A stretch of 64,000 nt of DNA from Myxococcota bacterium (lineage in GTDB: Bacteria > Myxococcota_A > Polyangia > Nannocystales > Nannocystaceae). The translations under genes were made by a program, and so were the position numbers. Positions within the stretch are counted from its first letter, which is position 1; each line of letters begins with the position of its first letter. The notes under the pieces were generated by a model. That model saw only the letters and a program-made list of their open reading frames with translations. It ran no database searches and had not been told where the DNA came from. Positions 51,760 to 62,746 of the stretch are shown here, one piece after another. The stretch spans positions 128,001 through 192,000 of the forward strand of contig JBCCWC010000004.1 of NCBI GenBank assembly GCA_039194325.1, written 5' to 3'.

Positions 51760-54700
51760 GACTGCGGCCCCACGGGGAAGGACTCGAGCAGGGCCGCCCG
51801 AGCCCCCTCGGACAGCAGCGCGGCGCGGCGATCTTCGGGCAGGTCGAGGTGGTCGGTGACCCGGTCGAGCACGGTGAACACCACCGCGCGGGGCGTTTGC
51901 TCGTGGTGGGCCTCGGCCTCGACCAGCCAGGGGCAGCTCGCATCCACGACGACCACCCGCGAGCCATGGAGCCCGGGGATCCGGGTACGGAGCCCGTCGA
52001 GATCGAGGGCGGCGATCTGACCGCTGACCCGGGAGACCACGCGCAGCGACCAGCGCTCGCGACGCTTACGCAGCATGTGGTTGAGCTCGTCGACCAGCGG
52101 GGTCGTCCACGAGCCACGTAGCCGCTCGTCCCAGGTGTCCAGGTCGATGGCCCCGAGTGCATCGGCGACCGTCTTGCCCTCGGGGCTCTGGGTGTCGAGC
52201 ACGGCGGCTCCGGCTCGCGCGGCCCGCCGGGCCAGGCCCGAGCCTTCGTGAGTTCGGTAGAGTCGCCCCTTGGCGGCCAGCTCCCGCGCTCGGTGCAGGG
52301 AGATCGCCCGATCCTCTACCAGGGGTACGAGTGGCCGATACAGCAGCGCCGACATGGCGCCGAAGGCTCCTGGCTGCTGGAGCACCCCCTGGAGCAGTCG
52401 CGAGAGATCGGCGCTGTCGTCGAGCTTGAAGTGCCGGCGGGTCCGGCCCCCGACGAGCGAGGCGATCGCGGCCAGCAGCAGCGACAGCGACAGCAGCGGC
52501 CACAACCACGCGGGCCAGCGATCCTCGGGCGGCGCAGCCGCCGAAGCGGCGGTGGAGGCGGGGATCGTCGCGTCGCCCTTCGATGTCGCCGACTCCTTCG
52601 ACACGGACGCGGGGGTCGGCGACGAGGACGCCGATTCCACGGGGGTCGAGGGCCCCGCCATGGGCTCGACCGCGGGGACGTCGTCCGAAGGGCCCTCGGC
52701 GGTCGGCACCGGCCCGGGCCGACCGGGCGCGACCGCGACCCGCTCGGATGGCGAGGATGGCGAGGACGGCGAGGCGGCGGATGACCGGACCCGCTCGCTG
52801 GCGTCGGCGATGTGCCACTGGCCCCGCTCGTCGCGGTACTCGACCCACGCGTGCAGCCAGGGGAGGGCCTTGCCGTCGACCCCGAGGTACCCGACCGCTA
52901 GTCGGGCCGGGACATCGGAGGCCTGCAAGAGGGCCACCAGCAGGCCGTTCTGGACGTCGCAATCGCCCTTGCCCAGCGCGAGGGTCCGCTGGATGAACCC
53001 TGTCCCTCGGGCCTGCTCTTCGGCGTGAAGGCGGGCCATCACCTCGGAGCGGTCGTAGGCCACGTTGTCCTTCACGAAGGCCAGCAGGTCGCCCACCTTG
53101 TCGTTGACCGAGAGCGGCGACAGACCGTGGGTCAGCGCTTGGAGGTCGCGGGACAGGCCCGGCACCACCCGGACCAAGGGGGCGGCCGTGGGATCGACGG
53201 ACGGCGTGGTCTGGTAGCGCAGCAGGCCCTCGGTGCCTCGCCCCAGGTCGACGGCCGGGTGCCCGGCATCGGTCACGTGCAGAGCGAAGGTCTGTTCGTC
53301 GAGGAACACGCTGCCGCGCACGATGCGATGCCCGGTCGGCACGGGGAGGCGGACCGTTCCCTTGCCGCGGATCGGCAGCGAGACGTCGAAGCACTCCCGC
53401 TCGCACGTGGCGCCGACGTACATCCCGGCCACGCGCACGCGGGCCGAGTGGTTGGGCGCCCCGTCGTCGAGCAGCTCCGGGAAGGTCAGGGCCGCGAAGT
53501 GTAGGCGGTCGTGGCTGGGCGAGTATCGCAGCCGCACCGACTCGACCGCCCCCGGAGCGAGCACGTCGACCCGGGGCCCGCGATAGCGACGGCCGAGATC
53601 CTCATAGATGCGATCGGAGGACGAGCCCGGCGTGACCCCGGTCACCGCGACCGAGCTCGACGATGATGCCGGATCGGAGTCGTCGGCGCCTCCGCTCCCC
53701 CACAGCCACAGCGACAGCAGCACCGCCGCCACCGCTCCGACCGCCGAGCCGGCCACCGTACGCCAGGCCAGCGAGTCACGCAGCCGGGTCCGCAGCTGCT
53801 CGATCGGCCGTCGATACCAGGCCACGGGTCGGGCGAACGACAGCTGCCGCTCTACGAGGCGCTCGAGCTCCCGCTGGGCCAGCTTGACCAGCCGAGCCAG
53901 CGCCCGCCCGTCGCGGGCGTCGGAGCGCGACAGCATCACCTCGAGGGCATTGCTCTCGAGCAGCGCGACCGGGGCCAGCCCGGCCGGCAGCTCGGGAAAC
54001 TGCACCCGAATGCGCGCGGTGTGCCGCCCCGCCGGCGCGACCAGATCTTCGAGGCACGCCGCGGAGCGCACCCGAAGGCCCCGACAAAACAGCTCGACCC
54101 GCGGCGCCCGTCCCAGCCCCACCACGCCGCGGACCGAGCGGCGACGAAACGAGGCGCTCGGAGCTTCGAGCCCGAACTCCGCGTTGGCCGATCGCCCGTT
54201 GATGGTGACGGGCAGGGGTTGGTCGACCGCGTCACGCCGATGGAGGTAGCGAGCGCTTTGCCACACAGCATCGTAGATGCGGTGCTCGAGCCGCCCGTCG
54301 CCCTTGGGCTTTTCCAGCACGATCTCCGTGCCTGGCCGCGTGGGCGGCTCGAGGTGCTCGGCCCGCTCGAGCGCGCCATCCAGGCGAATCGTCCAGGGTT
54401 CCCCGTTGCGGGGATACGATCGGATGATGATGGCCTGGGGATCGAAGCGAAGGATCGACCAAAACCCCACCCCGAACTTGCCCGCCTGGTTCTTGCGATC
54501 CTCTTTGCTGGAGGCATAGAGCGCGAACAGATAGCGACGGGCATGCTCGAAGGTCATACCTTCGCCGTCGTCGTAGCAGGCGACCCACTCGACCGTACCT
54601 TCAGGCCGCTCCGACTCGCCTACGGTGAAGGTCACCCTGTTGGCGCCGGCATCGCGCGAGTTCTGCAGCAGCTCGCGTACGAAGATCCACGGGTCTGGCC

Positions 54701-54794
54701 CGTAGCGATCGGCTTCGAGCCGTGCTCGCTCACGAAACGCGCGGGACCTCTCGGCCGCGGCCTCACCCGGGCCATCGGTCACAGCGGCAAGCAT
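51756..54794 (-). CDS. HSP90-like GHKL ATPase fused via TM segments to a transglutaminase-like domain
   Basis: RELLQNSRDAG, DDGEGMT, SSK, GKFGVGFWS, GTEIVL; TM1 AVGAVAAVLLSLWLW; GDCD…ARLAVGY…HAWVEY…W..AD triad; TM2 LWPLLSLSLLLAAIASLV; start 54794 or 54782. Confidence 0.82.
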   Translation of the reverse strand: MLAAVTDGPGEAAAERSRAFRERARLEADRYGPDPWIFVRELLQNSRDAGANRVTFTVGESERPEGTVEWVACYDDGEGMTFEHARRYLFALYASSKEDRKNQAGKFGVGFWSILRFDPQAIIIRSYPRNGEPWTIRLDGALERAEHLEPPTRPGTEIVLEKPKGDGRLEHRIYDAVWQSARYLHRRDAVDQPLPVTINGRSANAEFGLEAPSASFRRRSVRGVVGLGRAPRVELFCRGLRVRSAACLEDLVAPAGRHTARIRVQFPELPAGLAPVALLESNALEVMLSRSDARDGRALARLVKLAQRELERLVERQLSFARPVAWYRRPIEQLRTRLRDSLAWRTVAGSAVGAVAAVLLSLWLWGSGGADDSDPASSSSSVAVTGVTPGSSSDRIYEDLGRRYRGPRVDVLAPGAVESVRLRYSPSHDRLHFAALTFPELLDDGAPNHSARVRVAGMYVGATCERECFDVSLPIRGKGTVRLPVPTGHRIVRGSVFLDEQTFALHVTDAGHPAVDLGRGTEGLLRYQTTPSVDPTAAPLVRVVPGLSRDLQALTHGLSPLSVNDKVGDLLAFVKDNVAYDRSEVMARLHAEEQARGTGFIQRTLALGKGDCDVQNGLLVALLQASDVPARLAVGYLGVDGKALPWLHAWVEYRDERGQWHIADASERVRSSAASPSSPSSPSERVAVAPGRPGPVPTAEGPSDDVPAVEPMAGPSTPVESASSSPTPASVSKESATSKGDATIPASTAASAAAPPEDRWPAWLWPLLSLSLLLAAIASLVGGRTRRHFKLDDSADLSRLLQGVLQQPGAFGAMSALLYRPLVPLVEDRAISLHRARELAAKGRLYRTHEGSGLARRAARAGAAVLDTQSPEGKTVADALGAIDLDTWDERLRGSWTTPLVDELNHMLRKRRERWSLRVVSRVSGQIAALDLDGLRTRIPGLHGSRVVVVDASCPWLVEAEAHHEQTPRAVVFTVLDRVTDHLDLPEDRRAALLSEGARAALLESFPVGPQS

Positions 54795-54960
54795 AGCGCG
54801 CCCATCCCCACCGCCACCTGTCATCCCGGCCCTCGCACGTACGGTGGCCCCGCTGTGTTCCAATATACGGCCCCACACCGCCATTTAGTCTCGCTCGATT
54901 GGTCCGCGGCTTGCTCTGGATTTGGCCTCGCCGGTGGGAGCTCGTCTATGGTTGGGACTC

Positions 54961-55575
54961 ATGCCGCGGCTTTGCGCGCCATTGCTCCCCGTCATCTTTG
55001 GGACCATCTGTGCCATCTCGGCCTGCGGCGACGACAGCGTCCCCTCACCGGGCGACACGCCACCGCCTCCGGCCACGACGGGCTCCGCCAGCACCACGGG
55101 CGCCTCCGGCACCTCCAGCACCTCCACCGGGTCGGAGAGCACCGTTGGCAATACAATGTGCTACACGGCGCTCACCACCGGCACGGGAACCGCAGCCGAC
55201 ACGGGGACTACCACAGCCATCGCGGAATCCTCCTCAGGAGACCCAGGCCCATGCGGGGACGGGTATTGCGGGGCCAACTATGCTCCAGGCAGTCCCAAAC
55301 CGCTGCCCAACGATTTCGAGTGTAGCGATTGCGTCCCGACCGAGGCAATCGATCGTTGGTGTAACGGGCCGCGCACCTGCTGTGACGACAACGCTATCTG
55401 CGACCCGAACGACGGGATCTGCCGTCTACCCAGCCCGCCGGCGGGGACCGACACGGGCACCACGATGGCCACCGACTCCTCCGGCTCTAGTTCCAGCTCG
55501 GACTCGGGGACCAGCTCCAGCTCGGACTCGGGGACCAGCTCCAGCTCCGGCTCGGGCACTTCGGGCCCCAGCTAG
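54961..55575 (+). CDS. Cys-rich, Thr/Ser-rich lipoprotein
   Basis: ISAC lipobox, T/S linker, Cys-rich core; 24-bp repeat x3 (SSSSDSGT) at 55489-55560. Confidence 0.65.
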   Translation: MPRLCAPLLPVIFGTICAISACGDDSVPSPGDTPPPPATTGSASTTGASGTSSTSTGSESTVGNTMCYTALTTGTGTAADTGTTTAIAESSSGDPGPCGDGYCGANYAPGSPKPLPNDFECSDCVPTEAIDRWCNGPRTCCDDNAICDPNDGICRLPSPPAGTDTGTTMATDSSGSSSSSDSGTSSSSDSGTSSSSGSGTSGPS

Positions 55576-55632
55576 ACGGGCTCGAGCCAGACGAGGTGCG
55601 TGGACCAGGTCAGGTGTTCGACTACAGTTCGA

Positions 55633-57444
<1,812 letters not shown>

Positions 57445-57710
57445 TGGCGGCGGGGAGGATAGCAGGCGAGCGCGGCATGGCGAAGACACACTCGATAGGC
57501 GCTATTACGCTCAGAATACGGACAGCCAACGGTCTTGGCGCTCCATTGGCGCTCCACGTGCGACCCACGTGCGACCCACGTGTAGGGAAACACCCTACTC
57601 CAAAATGGGACAGCCACTCATGGCCACCTACGATGTACGACAAGGTTGATGACCTCTTCGTCTGAATTTCTTCTCAGCGTTCCATCGTCAACGTTGGGAG
57701 CGATCGCCAC

Positions 57711-57805
57711 GACGAGGCGAAACGGGACGAGGCGAGTCGAGGCGAATCGACGCGGGACGAAGTGAGTCGGAACGAGACGGAGCGAGTCAAAATGGGTCAA
57801 GTCGT
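57711..57805. repeat. Degenerate pentanucleotide array (NNCGR-like, about 19 units)
   Basis: GACGA GGCGA AACGG GACGA GGCGA GTCGA GGCGA ATCGA CGCGG GACGA AGTGA GTCGG AACGA GACGG AGCGA GTCAA…. Confidence 0.7.
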
Positions 57806-58191
57806 GGCTCGCGTTTTCTGAGGGTTCCCTGCACTACCCCCGCCATTAAGCGACTCACATACAATATGCTACCGACTACTCAAACACGCAGTGAAGGAGA
57901 CTCCCAATTGATTGAGTATGCTGGATTTCGCTCTGTACAGCAGGGCTTCATCCATTGTAGATCCGAGTCGAGTCACCAGGGAGGATCAGCAGGAGCAGAT
58001 CATTGCGCGATACTACTCGACGACTATTGTGAAGACTCAATGGTCAGGCCGAGGTCCATTGCCCCTATGAGGCACCTTGCCCCCATCGACTCATCGACCC
58101 ATCCGTGTCGACTAGCCATACGTGGGTGGATCTGCAAATATAAACTTACATAGGCTCTAGGTTTCACACACCAGCGCAGGATACTACTCCA

Positions 58192-59358
58192 ATGCCAGAA
58201 TCGTCAGGGATACCCTTACAGCCACTCGTCGGAAGCTCCGATCTCTACGCGGTGGCCATGCCCGTTCCCTTGCTCGATACCGGTGACATCCCCCAAAAGC
58301 GCAAGCGTCCTCGGAGCCAACAAAACCCGGCGGCAGAGTTCTTCAAACCACCGGCTCTTTACTGCCCGTTCTCGGCCAGCATCAATCCTCATACCGCTGA
58401 GGCCCATCGACGAACCGTGGCCTGGGGGCAGTCGCACGGACTGCTCAGCTCTGGCGTGATCGGCCAGCAGCAGGCCGACGAGCATCACACCGGATTGGTC
58501 GGTCGAACCTTTCCCCACACCTCGCACGAGCGGTTCCAGCTCCTGTGCGACTGGACGTGTTGGTTATTTTGGCACGACGACGTCTGTGACGAGACGACCC
58601 TGGGTCACCACCCCACCGGGCTGAGCCGACAGTTCGATCGGCTCTTCGGCATCCTCACCGACACGGCCCCCCCTCGCACCGACAACGCCTTCGACATGGC
58701 CCTGGTCGAGATGAGGGAGCGATTTCGGGCCCTGGCCCCCGATCAGGCTTGGTTCTATCGGTTCGTGACCAGCGTCCAGGATTACTTCCAGGGGTGTATC
58801 TGGGAGGCCCGTAATCGAGAATACCGCAAAGTCCCGAGCGTCGACGATTTCATCCCCTTGCGCCGCTGTGCGGGTGCAACTTGGATCTACTTGAACTTCG
58901 TGGAATTCGCGAACAATCAGGTCCTCCCCATCGAGATCCGCGAGAACCCGAACGTCAGGCGGTTGATGCAGATTACCTGCGACATCGCATGCTGGCACAA
59001 CGACCTCTACTCTCTGCCCAAAGAGCTACGCCAAGGCGACGTCCACAACCTGGTCACCGTGCTCCAGGCCGAGCTGCGCATTCCCCTCGAAGATGCCATC
59101 GAGAAGGCCGCTCAGTGGTGTGACGCCGAGGTCCGCGAGTTTCAGACCATCGTGGCCGAGTTCCCCCGGCTCGAGCCTTCGCTCGATTCCATCCTCCGGT
59201 CCTACGTGCTCAGCCTCGAGTCGGTGATGCGAGGCAACCTCGACTGGGCCCAAGAATCCAGCCGCTATAGGCCCCTGTCGCGATACGAGCTCGAGCAACG
59301 CAAGCTACCCGACGTCGTCATCGCTCAGGCCCGGCACCTCCCCGACATCGAGGGATGA
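58192..59358 (+). CDS. Class I terpene synthase (bacterial sesquiterpene-cyclase type)
   Basis: LYCPF…INPH, DDVCDE (DDxxD), LRRCAGA, NDLYSLPKE (NSE), HNLV, GNLDW…SSRY. Confidence 0.92.
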   Translation: MPESSGIPLQPLVGSSDLYAVAMPVPLLDTGDIPQKRKRPRSQQNPAAEFFKPPALYCPFSASINPHTAEAHRRTVAWGQSHGLLSSGVIGQQQADEHHTGLVGRTFPHTSHERFQLLCDWTCWLFWHDDVCDETTLGHHPTGLSRQFDRLFGILTDTAPPRTDNAFDMALVEMRERFRALAPDQAWFYRFVTSVQDYFQGCIWEARNREYRKVPSVDDFIPLRRCAGATWIYLNFVEFANNQVLPIEIRENPNVRRLMQITCDIACWHNDLYSLPKELRQGDVHNLVTVLQAELRIPLEDAIEKAAQWCDAEVREFQTIVAEFPRLEPSLDSILRSYVLSLESVMRGNLDWAQESSRYRPLSRYELEQRKLPDVVIAQARHLPDIEG

Positions 59359-59393
59359 TCGGCCCATCGATGGTCGGGCACGAGCGCCACCGC

Positions 59394-59801
59394 TCATGCA
59401 AGCTTGTCGCTCTGCTCTTTGTCGTAGGCCAGGAGCCACTCATGGGCTTCTGCCTGAGTCGAGAAGTACTGGGAGACGTTCTTGTGCCTGTCACCCAGCA
59501 GTGACACGGCCGTCAGCACCAACTTGGCGATCATTCGCTGAGCGAAGCTCTGGCTGACGATCGCAATCGCGCGAGGGGGCAGACTTCCGAGCTTCTCGGC
59601 CGAGATCCTCCGCGACTCGGGCGAAGCGCCCTTGACGTCGCTCATGTCGACCTCGAGCAAGAAGTAGGGCTCGTCCTTGACGCGCTCCTCGATGGCGTCG
59701 AACACGGCGGTGGCCTCATCGGCCGTGAACTTGCCGTGGAGCCCAAGGTGGATGAAACGAGGCCCTAGTACCTCGAAATCGGTCGTTTGCGGGGCACCCA
59801 T
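59394..59801 (-). CDS. STAS/SEC14-like (SpoIIAA-like) protein
   Basis: FLLEVDMS…SPESRR, AIAIV..SFAQR.IAKLV, YF.T..EA.EWL. Confidence 0.75.
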   Translation of the reverse strand: MGAPQTTDFEVLGPRFIHLGLHGKFTADEATAVFDAIEERVKDEPYFLLEVDMSDVKGASPESRRISAEKLGSLPPRAIAIVSQSFAQRMIAKLVLTAVSLLGDRHKNVSQYFSTQAEAHEWLLAYDKEQSDKLA

Positions 59802-60114
59802 TGCGCGATTCCGGACCTGGCGACCGAGGCTACCATAGAGCCCTGCCCGGAACCCTTTTCGCGGCGTTTCGCGGGCCCTTTGTGGGTGCTTGTGGGGCCC
59901 TCGCCGGAGCTCCTTGCCGGAGCTCTTGCCGGAGCCCTCTTTGGCGAAGGGTCTTGAGATCTCGACCGCCGGGGCCCGGAGCGTTCCGCGTGTCCCGGTA
60001 GGGAGAACAGCGTTCCCCTTCGAGCCTGCCGGGGCTCGCGACTCCCGCCCGTAGACCCCGGACCGGGGGTTCCCCCCAGCCGAGCGGCGGTCCTACGCCA
60101 CCCGAGCCGCGGGA

Positions 60115-60150
60115 TGTCGCGGATCTTGTCGCGGATCTTGTCGCGGATCT
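60115..60150. repeat. Tandem 12-bp repeat TGTCGCGGATCT x3
   Basis: Read directly, in the divergent STAS/STAS intergenic region. Confidence 0.85.
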
Positions 60151-60223
60151 TGGCGTGTTGCCGACACACATGGGCGAGGCTAAGGTTGGGCTCTCAAGGA
60201 CGGACGGGCTCCAAGGACCATCG

Positions 60224-60640
60224 ATGAGCAGCCAACGAGGTGAATACCACTTCATGCCCCCACACAAAGGACGGCTCAAGGTCATTGGCATGGTCGACGC
60301 CGAGCAGCTCTCGGGGGTCTGGGGAGCCGCGCTGGCCTCTGCCGAAGGCCTGCCGTTCTTCCTGCTAGAGGCCGACATCTCGGAGATGGACGGCCAGTCT
60401 CCCGATGCCCGTCGGGCCACCATCAAATACTTCCATTCCCTGCCCCCCTTTGCCATCGCGGTGGTCGCCAAGACCTTCGCGCAGCGAGCGATCGGCAAGC
60501 TGGTGATCAAGGCCAGCCGGCTCCTGGCGACCGACCAAGGCAACCTCGAGGCCTCGGACTTCTTCAAGAACTCGGAACAGGCCAACGAGTGGCTCGATAG
60601 CCAGGTCGACATGCTCAAGGCCAAGGCGGGGGTCGACTAG
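60224..60640 (+). CDS. STAS/SEC14-like protein, paralog of 59394-59801
   Basis: FFLLEADIS…SPDARR, AIAVV..TFAQR.IGKLV, FF…EQANEWL; AAGGA RBS. Confidence 0.75.
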   Translation: MSSQRGEYHFMPPHKGRLKVIGMVDAEQLSGVWGAALASAEGLPFFLLEADISEMDGQSPDARRATIKYFHSLPPFAIAVVAKTFAQRAIGKLVIKASRLLATDQGNLEASDFFKNSEQANEWLDSQVDMLKAKAGVD

Positions 60641-60725
60641 AGGTCGATCCCCCGCGCTTCGCCCAAAAAGCCAGGGGGCTCGTGAACGCCCCCTACCAAA
60701 ACCGACACGGCCCAACAGGGCCAGG

Positions 60726-61907
60726 CTACCCCATACGGTGCTTGGGGAGCTGCCCCGGCATCCCCACTCGTCGCAACTCCACAACGGGGTGACCGGGACT
60801 GAAGTAGGGGCGACACGACATCTGCCAGTTCCAGTAGCGACGGCAGAACGTCCGCAGGTAGTCGGTGTAGCTCCGCAGTACGTGTGGCTCGTCGGTGCCG
60901 AGTGACTCGATCTCGGCCAGCGCCGCCACCAGCAGCATGTACTCGTGCCGTAGCAACTCACAGGTCTCCCGCAGCGCCGCGAGCATCGCCTCGTCTCGGT
61001 CCATCGGCGGGCAATTCTGCTCATACAAGAACAGCGCGACATTGAGCGCGCCGCTGCGTTGATCGATCCAGATGGAGGCGACGTCGTTGATGAGCGCGGT
61101 CAAGGTGCTCAGACGCTCGAGGGCCTCGGTATAGGTCGCCGAGCGCCGCGTAGTCTCCGACAGCTCGATGGGCCCGGACTCCAGCTCGGTCAGCAGCGTC
61201 TGCGCGATCATGCCCCCGTCTTCACACCGAGCGCGCATCGCGTCGTGCACCGAATCGAAGGTGTCGACCCGCCCCAGCACACCGATATTGCGCGAGAAGA
61301 TGTACCGGAGCAGCTCCGAGGCGATCATCTGCACCCAGAACGTGGAGCACTGACCGCGGGCCCAGCAAAGGCTCGCCGTCGCATAGAAGCCCCGCTGCAG
61401 CGGATGGATGCCCTCCTCCAGGGACGGCATGTAGGCTTCGTCCCAGAACATCATCGCGTTTTCGAGCAGCACCTGCCGGCAGTCGCTCGACGACACATTA
61501 CCGGTGCACTTGTGGTCGAGAATCGCGTTGATGATCCACCACTCGACCGAGAGTCTACATAGCGCCCCGGCCACTTCCATGCTGGCCCGAGGGGCCGTGT
61601 GCTCGTAGATGCTGACCGCCTTGACGATGAGCGAACGGAGCGCATCAGCATCGACCAGCGAGTGATACTCATCGAACAACTTGTCCTTGATGACCGCGTA
61701 GTCGACCTCCGGCTGGCCCTCCGACGGATCTTTGGCTCGCTCGAACAGGTCGCCGATCTCGTCCCGCAGCGACAGTAGCGACTCCCACTCGGGCTTCACC
61801 TCCGGCGGCGGCGCCGGTCGAGCTCTCGGCGACCACTGGACACGAAGCGCCGCCAATTCAGCGGCGCCGGGCCACGACTCATCTACGATATATTCCCCTA
61901 AATTCAT
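60726..61907 (-). CDS. Terpene-synthase-fold protein with degenerate metal-binding motifs
   Basis: Colinear with the neighbouring TPS: IINAILD (for DDxxD), RCEDGG, NDVASIWID (NSE-like), LNVA, W…CRPY; AAGGAAGAG RBS. Confidence 0.7.
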   Translation of the reverse strand: MNLGEYIVDESWPGAAELAALRVQWSPRARPAPPPEVKPEWESLLSLRDEIGDLFERAKDPSEGQPEVDYAVIKDKLFDEYHSLVDADALRSLIVKAVSIYEHTAPRASMEVAGALCRLSVEWWIINAILDHKCTGNVSSSDCRQVLLENAMMFWDEAYMPSLEEGIHPLQRGFYATASLCWARGQCSTFWVQMIASELLRYIFSRNIGVLGRVDTFDSVHDAMRARCEDGGMIAQTLLTELESGPIELSETTRRSATYTEALERLSTLTALINDVASIWIDQRSGALNVALFLYEQNCPPMDRDEAMLAALRETCELLRHEYMLLVAALAEIESLGTDEPHVLRSYTDYLRTFCRRYWNWQMSCRPYFSPGHPVVELRRVGMPGQLPKHRMG

Positions 61908-62746
61908 CCATCTCTTCCTTTACGGCATGGTACACATCGGATGAGTACGAGAACTCATGCAGTAAGCGGGCCTTTTCTCGGATCCACTATCCACGGGGCT
62001 CAAAATAATGGATTCACCGCAAATTATCGAAGTGTTGGGGTACCTGCGGACGGCATCGAGATGAGTCGCTCGACGATCTAATCGATGGTCGACTTTGGGG
62101 CACGCTACACATCGATACGAAAACCTTACTATCGCCGCCTCGGCGTCCTCTCTCCCGCATTGGCAAGGTTCGACCCACTGGACGGCCGTAGACCTACCCC
62201 CCACCACTGGGGATAACGTCGGCACCAGGATAGGGTCAACCGAAAACAGCACGCCACGAGGACTTTTCTCGTGTAATACGAAGAGTTCCCCTTACAGGTT
62301 TCGAGTCACTACTGTCCATTGTCTCTCAGTTCATGGTAGCGAATTAGCGCATTGGAGGGTCTAGCACATGATCGCGCCCAAGCGACTACAATGAAAACAG
62401 CAGCTTGAACGAGTCTACCTGGTCGAACGCACCGTCCTAATCCGATCGCGCATAGAATCGCAGATCGACTCATAGGTGGCAGAGTGAAAGACATGTAGTC
62501 GATTCTCAATTCCGTGAATGTAATGGTCGACGAATGGCCAATACCGCTCATCACGTGCCACCGATGGATCCATCCCCCGACGTCGGTAGCCGACTCACTC
62601 GAGCCGAGCCTCTCCATCCACGACTTCCAAATTACTGCCACAACGAGACCCCACCGCATTGAGATCCACTGGGACTATCTTCCCCGTTGGGGCGAAACGC
62701 CACGGTCAGCACGGCGCTCACCGGAGGCTGATACCCTCGGCCGCGC

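Noticed and set aside
58192..59358. Geosmin or 2-methylisoborneol synthase assignment
   Set aside because: It is a single domain only, with no adjacent GPP methyltransferase or cNMP-binding gene; the product cannot be predicted by eye.
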